Below, piece after piece: positions 25,761 through 38,412 of a DNA stretch of 64,000 nt. The DNA is from Vicugna vicugna (lineage: Eukaryota): contig MU058725.1 in the NCBI GenBank assembly GCA_013265495.1, positions 1 to 64,000 on the forward strand, given 5' to 3'. The position numbers were made by a program, and so were the translations under genes. The notes under the pieces are model-generated. The model ran no database searches. It saw nothing but the letters and a program-made list of their open reading frames with translations, and was not told where the DNA came from. Numbering within the stretch: the stretch's first letter is position 1; every line of letters begins with the position of its first letter.

Positions 25761-28700
25761 CCTGGACTTGATCCTGATGCTCCCCGCAGGTGAGCTTGGA
25801 TGTTGCTTCCCCACTCTGAGCCTCGGGCTCCTCACCTGCAAGTGTTTCTGGATGTTGTGTGAGTGAGAGATCTCAAAGACCTGGGACACGGCAGGCTGCC
25901 AAATGCCACTATGGTTGTGATTAGTCAGTGGGTCCTGGGTCAGTGGAGAGGGAACTCTAGGAAGGGCTGCTCTTGTCATCATTACAAGAGTCATCCTTTG
26001 CTGAATGTCTCATTACTTTTTAGCAAAGCCTTATTTTTTTGGGGCCCAGGCTGACAAGCCTGCCTCGTCCTGTGCCTTTCACCTGCCAGCCATTGGTCTT
26101 GTAGCCCTTTCCCCCTGTCAGAGGAAGGAGGTGGCTGGATCATAGAAGCAGGCTTCTGGGGTCACTGGGCCACTGGTGGCCTCTGACCTTCAGGTCAGGG
26201 ACGAGGTGGATCGTGGCCTAACAGCTGTGTGTCTGGGGTGAGCTGGCCTGGCAGCGGTGGTGGGAAATTGAATTTACCACCCATCTGCTTGGCAGCTGTG
26301 GTACAGCCTTCCTGGCCAGGTTGGCAGAGCTTGCCAGAGCTGGGAATGGGTGGGTACTGTGCCCATTTCCTGCTGTTCAGCTGGGAACCCACTTCCTGGT
26401 GGCATTTGGGGCAGAGAAAGGAGGGCAGCTTCCTTCTGCACTGCCAGCCAGGGCCTTTGTTCAGGGCCACCCTGCAAGGTGCTTTGGCATTCCCTCTGGA
26501 CCTGGCATTTGGCAGAGAAGAGTCCTGGATCGATATCCAGGTCCTGCTGCTTGTTTGGCCAAGTTATTTACCTTTCTGAGCCTCATTTTCCTCATCTGTG
26601 AAATGGGGATGATTATAGTGAAGGCTTGCTCATAAAGTCCTCAAGAGGTTTAATGAGATAATGTGCTTCACTCCAGGCTTGAATGGGCAGGGCTGACAAG
26701 GACCTGATGAGTCAGGGTGATTTGTCACGTGTCTGGTGACCAGGCTTCGTGGTGGGCCCCACTCCCTAGTTTGGTGGCCTTTCTATTTTACTTTAAAACT
26801 ACCCTGAGCTCAGTACCCTTTGCCCTTCTGGAGTTCTTTCTCTCCAAGTGGGTGTTCACGCAGCTCTGTTTCTCTCCTCTGATTCTAATCTCTGCTTCCT
26901 ATTCCCAACCCTGAAGCGCCTGCTTGCTGTGTGAATGAGCAGTGGTCAGGGGATGTGGTTTTGCGGGAGCAAAGACCTTCTGGCCAGCCTGGGGCAGTGG
27001 GAGAGAAACAGAGCCTGGCCCCGTGGCAGGTCTGGCCAGTATCCAGGCGACTTCTCCATCAGGCCCCAGAGGCCAGGCCCAGAGTCCGTGACATTTTTAG
27101 GGCCCTTGGACAGTGTTCTGGCTTGAATTTCTTTTGACATCAGAAGAAGAAAGTGAAGAATAGTAAATATATAAAAATTAATCCAGCCTGGATTGGGTTT
27201 GTCTTTATAAACAATCATAAAATATAATTTAAAATATTTTTTTTCTCGGAAGAGGCCCGTGAAAGTCACGCTGCAGCCCTGGCCAGTGGGGCTGTGGCTC
27301 CAGGCCCAACTGCCAGAACTTTCTATGGGGGAAGGAGGGGGATGCCGAGGCCACCCACCAGCCTTGTCTCATTCACAGACACCCTGGCGTTCTCTGTAAG
27401 TGCAGAGCAGAGCCTGAGGCTGGCCTCTCCCGTGGCCCACCCTTCCCATCTGTCCAGTCTTTGGGCCTGAGCCCAGCCCCCTTCCTCCTGGCCAAACTAA
27501 GCCAAGGCTGATTGCAGTGCTCCTTCCCAAGCAGGTCAGGGCTCTGAGTCACAGGAACTGGGGGGCTGGCAGAGGAGATGGGGGCTGCAGGGTCTCCAGA
27601 CAATGATAAAGAGCCCTGGAGCTTTAAAGCATTGGAACCAGGGTAAAAGTAGTTACCTCTTTCTGGTTAGGGAAACTGAGGCACAGAGTGGTAAAGGGGT
27701 TCACCCAGGTTCCCTAGTGGGGCAGAGGCAGCATGGGGGCCCTGCCTATGCTTCAGGCCTTCAGGATGGTGTCCCTTGCCCTGGACGCCAAGTCAGAGGA
27801 AGGGAAGTCATCACTTCTGTCAAGGTGTTGCCAACCTAGAATCGGTGGACACCTTTCCCTCTAGAAAATCCCTGGGAGCTGAGGGGAGTGGCCCCATCTG
27901 CTGGATGTTGTTAACTGCAGTCTAGTCTGAAGTCGGGGAAGCAGGGGTGGGGGTTGCAGGGACAGGCAGAGGCAAACCTCAAGGTGGCCAGACCCTCCTG
28001 TCCTGCCCTGTCCTGGGCTGCTGGCTGGCATACTTCAGGGGGACTGTCCTCTCTTCCTGCATGTTCCAGGGTCCTCTCACAGAGCTGCCTCCCCACTGGC
28101 ACATGGAAGCTGTCAGCTGATGAGACCTGGAGCTCCCCAGGGAGCCCAGCAGCTACTGTAGTCAAGAAGTTGTGTGAGAGAGTCCATGGGTGTGAGGCCT
28201 GTCTCCAGGCATTCGCAGCTCCTGCCCTAGAGACCTGCCCAAAGCCACGGCAGAAAGGGCCATCCCTGGGGAAATCTGATGGCGGTAGAGCCAGCTACCT
28301 CACAGTCCCTCCCTTCAGAGGGTCACCTGGGAGTCTGTGAGGAGGGGGCTTGGAGCCTGAAAGCAGAGGTGGCTGAGCCTGGAGGATGAGGCACTGGATG
28401 GAGCCCGGGGTGGAAGTGCAGCCCTGCCACGCACTGTAGGATCAGGACTGGCCCCGCCCCTCCCTTGGGCCTCAGTCTCCCATCTGCACAGTGAGGGGAC
28501 CAGAGGACCTTCAGCTCTGCCGTACAGGGTTCTGGGGTCCTGCCTTATTTAGGGGGCTCCAATGAGGAACAGGAGGATGGCTGCATGGGAGACTGAGTCA
28601 CCGTTTTCTGGACAGGATCTGAGACTAGAGTTTAGCTGTTTTGGGATTCACCACTGGAGAGGACAGAAGAGGTGCCAAGTTGTCCCTGAGTAATAGGGGG

Positions 28701-30549
28701 AAAGCAGGGGTGTGGCGGCTGAGACCCTGGACCTTAGCAGCAGCCAGACCTGGGCTCTGATCCCAACTCTGCCATTGACTTCAGTCTGTGTTTCAGGCTG
28801 GTTCCTTAATCTCTCTGACCCTCAGTTTCCTCATCTGTAAAATGGGGTTGTGAGAATTCTCATTTCATAAGTTTATTGAGACCACGAATGAAATCATCTC
28901 TAAAAGCACCATCACCATAGCTGTCAGTAGGCATTCCAGATGCTCCCCTTTGTACATGTCATTCACTTATTACGAATCAACCGTTGCTTCTCTGAGGGAA
29001 GTGCAGGACTGGGAGGAGAACAGGGAAGAGATCGTGCTCTATAATATCCCACAGTTGGAACACAAAGCTGGGCTGTTTGGCTAAGGACAGAGAGGGTCAA
29101 GAAGTAGTGTGAGAGTGACAGTGGGAGGGAGGCCTGCCTGGAGGAGGGAGCTTTGAGCTGAGCCCTGCAGGGCACTGGGCAGTGTGGGGAAGGCAGGCTC
29201 TGGGGGTACCTGTCCTTGGAGATGAGCCTCAGCTCTGCCTGGGAGGCCCGCGGAAGGGGAGGGGGAACAGCAAAGCCATGCCCCCAGGGCCAGGGCTCTG
29301 CAGGACCAGTAACCCCAGCTAAAGCACCTGAATCAGAGGCTTTCTTGAATTCTGAGCTTCGGCAGCTTCCAGGCCCCAGTGAGAAAGGACAGTGGTGTGC
29401 GGGTGGTGTCTGAGGTTGGGCCCAAGACTGTCTTCCTCCTTCGCAGTGATTTTCCAAGTTGTGTCTATGTCTCCCTGGAACTTCCCTACTGCTTGAAGCC
29501 AGGAGGGGAATTTGATGTCATGATTTGGATGGATAGGGGAGATTTCTGGAAAGAGACAGCAAGAAGAAAGAGGCGGAGGGTTTTCCATGGTGCTGAATGC
29601 AATGGGTTAAAAATAGGTCAAGGGACCTTCCAGGTTATGGGTCTGGGGACAGGGACCTGAGGACAGTGCCCAGAAGCTGCAGGGCACAGGGCTTGGACCT
29701 GTCTGGAGTTGGACCTGCTTCTGGCCTGCAGAAAGGGGGAAAGGATCATGAGTTTCTGTTTTGGGAAAGAACTTATTTCCACTCCCTGATTATTAAAGTA
29801 AGAGAATGCTTAGAAAAAATTTTGGAAGAAACACTACAATCTGTTAACCGTGGTTACCTTGTATGAAGGGCATGGGATTTGGGGCGTGTGGGACAGAAAT
29901 TAAGGAAATAAACCCTTGTGTGTTGCTTGAACATTTTTTTCTAACTCAGGTGCACAGGGCGGCCTGGCTGAGATCTGTCATCCCGGTGTAAGGATGCTCT
30001 TTTCATTCTCAAGTGTCCCACTGGGACTATAAATATAAGGTCAAGTTATTTATCAGCCTGTTTTGATTTTGTGGTAGAGATTTATATGCTTATTATACAA
30101 TGTTCAGCAAGCAGAGAAAGATGTACTTAAACAAAGATGTTCTAGAATCCCCCCAGAAGTTGGCTCTTTGAGGTCGTGGAAATGGTTGCTGGAATCCAGA
30201 GCACGAGTGAGAGGAAGCTCCTGTGGACCAGGAGGGGGGCAGCAGTGGGGGAGCTCGGAGGTGCTGGGGCTCCTGTGAAGTGGGCTCCAGAGGTGGGCTT
30301 CTGGGAGGTGTCGCCGCCGGGAGCAGGCATGCTGCTTCCCTGCACGTCTGGGCAAAGCAAGGTGTGGACACTGCCAAGTTCAGGTTGGCCCTGGAGCCCT
30401 GGAGATGGGTCAGCCCCAGGTTCACAAGGGTGAGGCTGGAAGAGAAGGAACCTTCCAGAAATGGGAGGGGAGGCAGTCCTCAGAACAGTGCTCTGGGGTC
30501 TGGGTGCGTCCAGCCGCTGGGGTGTGGCTGACCGGTCACCTCCCTGCAG

Positions 30550-30736
30550 ATGCACCCAGCTGAAGGAGCTGCCCCGGGATGTCACAGTGGAACTAGGGAG
30601 GAGTGCCCTCCTAGCGTGCTGGGCCACCGGCTGCTGCCCCAGACAGTCACCTGGCACCATGGAGATGGCCAGCCACTGGGGCCCAGGCGGGGCAGCAGGA
30701 CTGGGCAGCCCGATTCAGGAGTGCTGTTTTTTGAAA
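30550..30736 (+). pseudogene. HMCN2: HMCN2 pseudo-exon; two 1-nt deletions
   Basis: /[58 protein letters not shown]|gtaaga. Confidence 0.9.
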
Positions 30737-31381
30737 GTAAGAGACTGGGGCTGAGGGACAGTGGACAGGGAGACAAAATGGCTTCCAACACCCTCAGCCC
30801 CCAAGCTGGGTGGCCGGGAGTAGGACCTTGACTGCCAGGTCTGGCCTTGGGTCAGGCTGATGCAGGGTCACATTTTGGCTGGGGGACTAGTCACGCCATC
30901 CCAGTCATGCTAGTGATGATGACAGTACCTACCACCTGGGCTTAACAACAGGCCACCTGAAGAAATCGTTGGGGAATGAATGCACGTAAATCTCTGAGCA
31001 CAGTTCCTGACACAGAGTAAGCGTCCCTCGTCATCACCATCACCAGCTCGTCACCATCACTGCTGCTACTGTTACTTCCTACGTGCCGGGCCCAATGCTG
31101 AGCTCTGTATTTGCACCACCTGTTGACCCCTCCAATCACGCTACAAGGTGCAGGTTTTGATAAATGATCCCCATTCTACACATGAGCAAACTGAGGCCTT
31201 CTAACCCTTCCAAGGCCCAGCTGTATCCCCCATCTGTTTCCTCCCCGCCGTCCCAGCCCTCTTACCTCTGCAGGGCCAGGCTGTGCCCAGGGCTCTGTCT
31301 GCACCTGGGGAGCTGGAGCCTGTGGGGGCTGGAGCCATGGTCTGCTCTGACAGTTAGGCCTGCCTCTTTCCTGCCCTGCAG

Positions 31382-31477
31382 GTGTGGTCCCTGAAGACCA
31401 GGTCCTATACGTCTGTGAAGCTCAAAATGTCTTTGGGAAGATGCAGGCAGAAGCCTGCCTCATTGTGACTGGACATG
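31382..31477 (+). pseudogene. HMCN2: HMCN2 pseudo-exon (frame open)
   Basis: [31 protein letters not shown]|gttcgc. Confidence 0.88.
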
Positions 31478-31758
31478 GTTCGCTGTTGGGTCTGGAGAGG
31501 AGGGTTTGGTGGGGAGGCTGGGCACCCCTGGGGTGGCCCCCATGCTTGCCTGTCCTTTGGGACAGATGTGTCCACAGCCAGGTTCTCTAAGAGGTGTATC
31601 TGGACCCCTACTTCCTGGGCAGTGTGCCCCAAGAAGTGTGCCCTTTGACCCTTTAGGATCCCCAACCCTGATGATTCCACTGGGGAGAGGGGCCTCTGTC
31701 CCCTGAATGACCACCCACAGGAGTCCAGTATGTCTGACACTGTCTCCTCTCCCCACAG

Positions 31759-31882
31759 ACCCCCCATAGATCGCCAGCAGCAACTCCACCGTCCAGGTGC
31801 TGGAGAGGCAGCCTGTGTCCCTGCCCTGCATCATCCTGGCTGGGAGGCCCCACCCCAAGAGGCGCTGGCTCAAGGCCAGCCG
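31759..31882 (+). pseudogene. HMCN2: HMCN2 pseudo-exon; TAG at 31767-31769; 3' end appears 4 nt short
   Basis: [37 protein letters not shown]..|gtgagt. Confidence 0.88.
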
Positions 31883-31975
31883 GTGAGTGCTGGGCTCCTG
31901 GTGCCCAGGTGGAGGCGCTGTCACCTTCATGCCTTAGCCTCCGCTCTGTGGTTCCCCTGTTTAGCTCTGTCCTGG

Positions 31976-32165
31976 TTTTTATTTACTTACTTTTTAATGA
32001 AGTATAGTTGATTTACAATGTGTTAATTTCTGCTGTACAGCATGGTGATTCACTTACACATATGTTCCTTTTCAGATTCTTTGTCATTCTAGGCCATTAC
32101 GAGGTATTGGGCATAGTTCCCAGTGCTGTACAGTGGGACCTTGTGGTTTATCTATTTTATGTAGC
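31976..32165 (-). mobile_element. L1 3' end (cetartiodactyl-type)
   Basis: tttaatgaagtatagttgatttacaatgtgttaatttctgctgtacagc..atagttcccagtgctgtacagt. Confidence 0.75.
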
Positions 32166-33738
32166 GGTTCCCCTGTTTTGGAATGTCCTCTTCCTTCCTC
32201 CCTCTTTCCTGCCTCTTTCCAGAGCCCTCTCTGATAATGCGCTGATGGAACCCTTCAACCTGTAGGGTCCTTGGCCGGAGGACCTTGTGCTTCATTAGTG
32301 CTGTAGCTGAGTAGCAGTCGTTTTGTGGGGGCACAGACACAACAGATTTGTCACCTCAACTCTGATGGTTCCAGGGCAGAGACGGGACCTGTGCAGCTTA
32401 ACATTTGGCGTGGCTGCCTAGCACACGGCTGGGTGCACAGTGGCTGCTTTGACCCTTCCCATTAATTTGATTTTCTTTATTATCCTCTGTTTCCCCTCTC
32501 TTGTTCACTCTTTCTCTGTTGCTCCCTTTTCTTCAGTGCTTATGGCCTGTCCTCGGACATCCTGGGGTCTTTGCCCTGGAGGCTGTAAAGAGGTGCCCTC
32601 ACCCCAGCAGACGGCAGACACTAGACATGCAGGGAGGCAGTGACTGTGTGGCATCTTTCTATTCCCTCTGCCCTGGTCCTGGTCCCGTTGTCCCAGCCCT
32701 GATGCAGTGCAGACAGGACCCCGCTCTCGGAGCGTACAGGCTTGGAGACTGATCGTGCCTATGACACCCTCTGCAGGCTGTGTAATTAGATGTGACCCCA
32801 AGGAGGACCCTGCCTGGGTGTGTGGGCTGGGGCAGTGAGGCACCTGCCTGGATATAATCCAATGGGCCTCATCTATACCAGGATGGGGAGTAGCCAGAGA
32901 CGCAGAGCCTGTTTTGGCTCAGTGGGGACACTGGGTGGACCCGTGCGTGTCCCGCTGCCAAGTGCAAGGAGCAGAAGCACCCTCAAGCTCGCTGAGCCTC
33001 AGAGGGTCCGGTACCAAGACAGCCAGGGGAATATCCTGGACCCTGAGGGCAGAATGTGCAACCAAGTTCATGGGACAGGGACAGGGAGGCCCAAAGCGGG
33101 CTCAGGCCTGGTGGAAAGTTTTGGGCCCCTCATCAAGGATGGACTGGCTGGACTTCTTTACAGAAGTTGCCTCAGGCCCCATTCTGGACCAGCACTCCCT
33201 GCCCCACCCTGGTCCTGATGGGGACACACTAGGGCAGCCACCAGGATGCTTCTCTCTCTGGGATCACTTCTGATGTGGCCACACCTCTGCTCTGCTCTGC
33301 GTAGCTCTGTTCACTCCCCACAGACACGGATGGGTTGTCCCTTCTCTCTCTGGCCTCAGTGTGGAAGGGCCTCGGAGCTCCAGCCCCTACTCAATAAAAG
33401 CTCTGGCCCCAACTCTGCACTTCCAGGAGAGGCTCCCTTGGCCCCCTTGGGTCAGATGCCTTGCCCTGGTCCAGCTGGCCATGGGAGAGTGGGGGTCAAG
33501 GGTTTGCCAGGGGTCAGGCCCACCTGGCCCTGAGGGTCTGTGGGGGTCGACAAGTCTCAGGGAAGTGGTGGGAGCTGAGTGGTTGTGATATCCACCCCCC
33601 TGCCTTCTCTGAACCCCTGGCCTCTCAGTCCAGGCTGCCCCCTACTGGCCTGCAGGCAGTGAGCTTTCTGGAGGGCTCTCTCTTGGCCGGTTCTGAGTGG
33701 GGCCCTTGAAACAAGCTGGTGCTTCCTCATCTTACCAG

Positions 33739-33877
33739 CTCCCACCTGGCAGCCAGCATTCCATCCGAGCAGATGGCAGCCTTAACCTTGAGCAAGCACT
33801 GTTGGAGGATGCAGGGAGGTATGTGGTCACCAACACGGCAGGCTCTCAGCATAGCGACGTGGACCTGGTTGTCCAGG
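33739..33877 (+). pseudogene. HMCN2: HMCN2 pseudo-exon; in-frame deletion removes the F-strand Cys
   Basis: [46 protein letters not shown]|gtgagt. Confidence 0.9.
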
Positions 33878-35750
33878 GTGAGTCCTGGGGTAGTGGTGGT
33901 GGGAGGGCAGGGGACAGGGTGGGATGGGGGAAGGCCCATGGGGGGAACTTGATTTTGAACACCTTTGTTTTTAAAAATTGCCCAAATAGTACATATTCAC
34001 TGTAGGAAATTTAGAGATTGGACAAGAAAAAAAAGAAAAGATAAACCTCCCATACCAGTAGCTACGAAGAACCAGAATAATTTTACATTTCAGTGTGTAT
34101 CTTTTATACTTTCTACACACATGAGCTTGCAAGGGTAAACATACATACACGGTATGTATGTAATGCATATACATTATATATATTCTTTATGTACATTGCA
34201 TATAAATTATTTTTACATGGTATACTTTATAAAAATTATATATAAATTCTTTATATGCACATACATACAAATACTTAAAAACCAACTGGAACCACGTAAT
34301 ATTACTGTCTTGTAACCTGAGTGTTTCTTGCAAAAATATATTATAATTGTTTTCTGTTAATAATACTCAAAGCATCATTTAAGGCTGCATTGTCCCCTGT
34401 TTGGATGAGCCAGGACTATCTAACCTGTCCCCTCATGTCCAGTTTCTCACCAGCGTGAACACCTGGGCTGAAGGTCCTTGTGCTCCACCTTTGCCCACGT
34501 GATCAGTTCTTTCCTTTGGATAAACTGTTGATGTGTACTTGAGTTTTGACTCACAGAGATTGCACATTTTTAGGGCTGTTGGTGTATTTTGCCCAGTTAC
34601 TCTCCCACCCGCAGTGTTGGAAGGTCCCTGTTTCCCTTCACCCACCCAACCAGGTACCACCGTTCTTTTTAACATAAGGCAAGAAGTTTAAACTAAGTTC
34701 AGTTATGTTTTGTCATTTATCTTGGATGTTAATATCCTCTTTTTGTTTGTTTGTTTCTGTCCTTTGCTTTATTAACCCCCCGAGTGGTGAGCAGGAAGAA
34801 TTCATCGTTCCCCATTTGGTAGAGCAAAACCGAGGTTCAGAAGGAGGCTGGGTCGAGAATCCAGCTGTCCTGCCTCCTCATAAATCCAATTAATAACAGT
34901 GATCGAAGGTCGGCTGTGTGTCATGTGCCAGACCTCCGAGAGCTTCTGTGTGTGTTTCACTTAATTTTCTGTTGCTCCAAGAGGTGGGTTTCAAAGACTG
35001 GCACATTCTGAATTTAAGGAAGCTGAGGCTCACAGAGGCAGGGTAACTCACCACATCACAGGATGAGGGAAGGCTGCCTCTGCAGAGGGCGTCACCCCCT
35101 AACTTCCCACCATGCAGAGGTGGCCAGCCATCAAGCTCTCTTGGCTCATTTCATTTCCGTCCAACAAATATTCATCGACTTGCTGGCTTTGGCCACCTGG
35201 GAGAATCTGGGAGGGCATTTCCCTCCCTAAAGGATTGGAGTGTTACTGTCAGAGCCCTTGGCTTCTGGCTTTCCCTCCTGAATTTTCCATGCCAGTTCCC
35301 CCTCCCCTGGTCCTGTTAGAGATCCCAATCTCTGCCCACCTCCTATTTTAATGCCTGCAAATCTGGATGGTGCCCAGGATGGATTTGGCACTTGTTTTCA
35401 AGTTCATTGTGTCCTGTGAACGCTATTTTCTGCCATTTCTTATCTGTCCTTCCCCAGAGAGTGGGCAGGGAATTGGGGTCAATTTAACTTTTTTGCTGAT
35501 CAAGGAATATGGGTACCAAAAGATTAAGTGGTTTATCCAAAGTTCCAGAGTTAAGAAATAACATAGCTGGTTCCTAGACACAGGCTGCCCTTTGTCTGGG
35601 GCATCACTTTATAACAGTGATGGCTGTATTCTCCTGTTAAAATTGTTTCCTTCTTTTTAAAACATGGTATAATGCAAATAACATAATATTTACCATTTTA
35701 ACCATTTTTAGGTATACATTTCAGAGGCATAAGCAGCTTTCTCATTGTTG

Positions 35751-36423
35751 TGTCACCAGATTTGTTTGCCCAACACACAAGACAAAACACTGAGACACCG
35801 AGATTTGCATCAAAGAAAGAGTTTATTCACGAAGCAGCCAAGCAAGGAGATAGGAGAACAGGTCCCAGATCTGCCTCCTGGAAGGCGAGGGGCTTGGGAT
35901 ATTTACGGGACAAAGAGGCAGGGTGGTCTCAGGCATGGGGAAAAGTGACTGCAGGTAGGGAAAAGGTGAGGTCATGGGTGTTCTGTGCAGGTGTATCTGC
36001 ATTATTTGCTTCTTCATGGGATGCATGTTCAAAAATGGAGGTGCCTAGTGTGATCGGAGAGTGGAGTTTTTGGCCCTCTGACATCAAAACGTCATTCATC
36101 GGACACCTGCCCAGGGCCCAGTTTTAGGGTAGGTGGCCCCAGCCAGTCTTAGACAGCTTGAGCTCGAACTAGACACAGCTGACTTCAACTTCCTGGAAAA
36201 CAACTGGAGTAAATATCTTATTGTTTAGGCTGCATGAAGCTTGCAGGGCATGCAATTTGCAGCAAAACAATTAAGCGAGCTCGTTCAGTGAAGCCGGGCT
36301 CAAGCAGAGGGGGTTCTAACCAGCTAGAGGACAAGCTGAAGAATTTGTTAGTTGTCAGTTTCTGTTAACCCCATTGGACACAGTCTCAGGATGGGTTTTT
36401 TAACTCAGTGGGATACTTTTTCA
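35751..36423 (-). mobile_element. Solo LTR inserted into an L1 fragment
   Basis: tgtcaccag..aaagagtttattcac start; interrupts the L1 motif cattgttg|caaccagcaccacc. Confidence 0.7.
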
Positions 36424-36830
36424 CAACCAGCACCACCGTCTATCTCCAGAACTTTCTCATCTTCCCAAACTAAAACTCTATGACCAGCTGTCATCCCTGA
36501 TTAAGCACTAACGCCCCATTTTCCCCTCTCCCGGCCCCTGGCAACCACCGTTCTACTTCTGTCTCTACGAACTTGCCTCTTCTAGGCATCTCAAATGAGT
36601 GGAATCATACAGTGTTGTGTCCTTCTGTGTCTGGTTTATGTCACTTAGCATCATATTTTCAAAGTTCATCTGTGTTATAGTATGTTAGACATTTATTCCT
36701 TTTTAAGCCTGAGTAATATTCCATATGTACACACCACATTCCCTTTATCCATCATCCTTTGATGGATGAATATTTGGATTGTTTCCACCCTTTTGGCTAT
36801 TGTGAATAATGCTCCTCTGAACTTTGGTTT
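36424..36830 (-). mobile_element. L1 fragment (continuation of 35660-35750)
   Basis: cccctggcaaccaccgttctactt..gagtggaatcatacag..ttggctattgtgaataatgct. Confidence 0.8.
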
Positions 36831-36854
36831 ATGAAGTTCATTTGTTTTTAAAAG

Positions 36855-36966
36855 TGCCACCTAGAATCCAGCCCACTGCCACCCACCATTTCACCAGTGA
36901 AGGAGTTCCAGCCTCTCTCCCCTGTGTAGTCTCAGGAGTTCCCACCCCCTCATCACCTGGACCAAG
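36855..36966 (+). pseudogene. HMCN2: HMCN2 pseudo-exon; 1-nt deletion ~36950
   Basis: [36 protein letters not shown]|gtaggt. Confidence 0.88.
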
Positions 36967-37092
36967 GTAGGTGAAGCCTGTTACCATAAAGGTAACAAGA
37001 GATGTAGGCCCAGCGCATCATGGGGAGAGGAATGATGCAAGCTGCCGCCATGGAGTGTGGGCTCTGCTGATGTCACCTGTGGTCTACAGCAG

Positions 37093-37252
37093 GAAACCAA
37101 TGCCCTGGCTTCCAGGCATCCCCACTACAATGTGAGCAATGATGGCACCCTGGTCATCACCCAGCCACCTGCCCACAATGCAGGGGCCTATGTCTGCATG
37201 GCCACCAATGCTGTGGGCTTCTCCAGGCAGGAGATGCGGCTTTCTGTCAACA
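37093..37252 (+). pseudogene. HMCN2: HMCN2 pseudo-exon (frame open)
   Basis: [53 protein letters not shown]|gtgagt. Confidence 0.9.
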
Positions 37253-38285
37253 GTGAGTGATGGCCGCCCCTGTCTTGGGAGAGGGATTTGGGAGGTGTGG
37301 GAGGCAAGGGCATGGACAATCTGACCTTACCAGCATCTTCTTTGCACCCTGTCAATCCTACCTCCAAATTATTCCCGTCTGAAAAGCATGTAGACAAAAG
37401 CTGTCCTCCCTCATGACTCTGTCCCCAGCAGTATGAGCCTGCTCACGGTACCAAGAATAATTCCAACACAGCCCTCTGTAATAAGATGTAGGGAAGCGAT
37501 CAGATTAACAAGCCTTGGAAAGACACAAGGCTGTACACTGGACCCCCTTGGCAGCCCTCTCACCCACCCTTCTCCCTGACATTTTGTGCCCAGGCCCTCT
37601 GACTTCCTTTCGATTCCTTAAACTATCCGTCCTGTCTCAGGGCCTTTGCACATGCAGTTCCTTCTGTTAGAATGCCATTCCCTCCTCACCTCTTGGCACA
37701 ACTGACTTCTCCCTTCAGTCAGATCTCAGCTCTCTCTGGCCTCTCAGGCTGAGTCAGATCACCTTGTTGTGAACTCTCTGGAAAGTCCTCTTTAAAGCAC
37801 CCATCACAACTGTGATTAAAGAATTAATTGTATGTTGAACTGTTTGGAACCAGTGTTCCCCTGGACCTGAAGCACAGGGAGATTGGGCATCATCTGGTGA
37901 TTGATCCCATTTATTCCTGAGAATATTTGAGATGACTGAGGATGAGAAGGGAGGACAGAACCTGCCAGAATGTCCCCGGGGAAGGGAAACCAGACAGAAA
38001 GAAGCTAGAGGAGTGGAGACACTGGGGCAGGAGGACCATTCCAGGGTCACCAAAGCAAGACAAGCTTCCAACAGGGAGGATGGTTGTGGACAGGTGGGGG
38101 GAGACTGGGGGAACCATCGGATCTGAGCCCACCCCAAAACTTACACTCCTCCGTTATAACAGAGCCCACTGACCTGTACCTCCCTGGGGGTAGTACCATC
38201 TCAGCTGCTTGGGGGTGCCATGCTGGTCTCCTCTGTGCCCCATCCCTGGTTCCCTGCTCACAGTCCCTGATGCTTCTGCCAACAG

Positions 38286-38412
38286 CTAGGCCCAGGATCT
38301 GTATGAAGAGGGCACATGACGTAGACAACCCTCTGAGGGTCATGACTAAGGCCGGTGATGAGGTGACATTGGACTGTGAGGCCCCGTGTACCCCACCCCC
38401 ATTGGTCACTTG
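38286..38412 (+). pseudogene. HMCN2: HMCN2 pseudo-exon, 3'-truncated (no donor found)
   Basis: RPRICMKRAHDVDNPLRVMTKAGDEVTLDCEAPCTPPPLVT; similarity stops inside the expected Trp codon. Confidence 0.85.
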
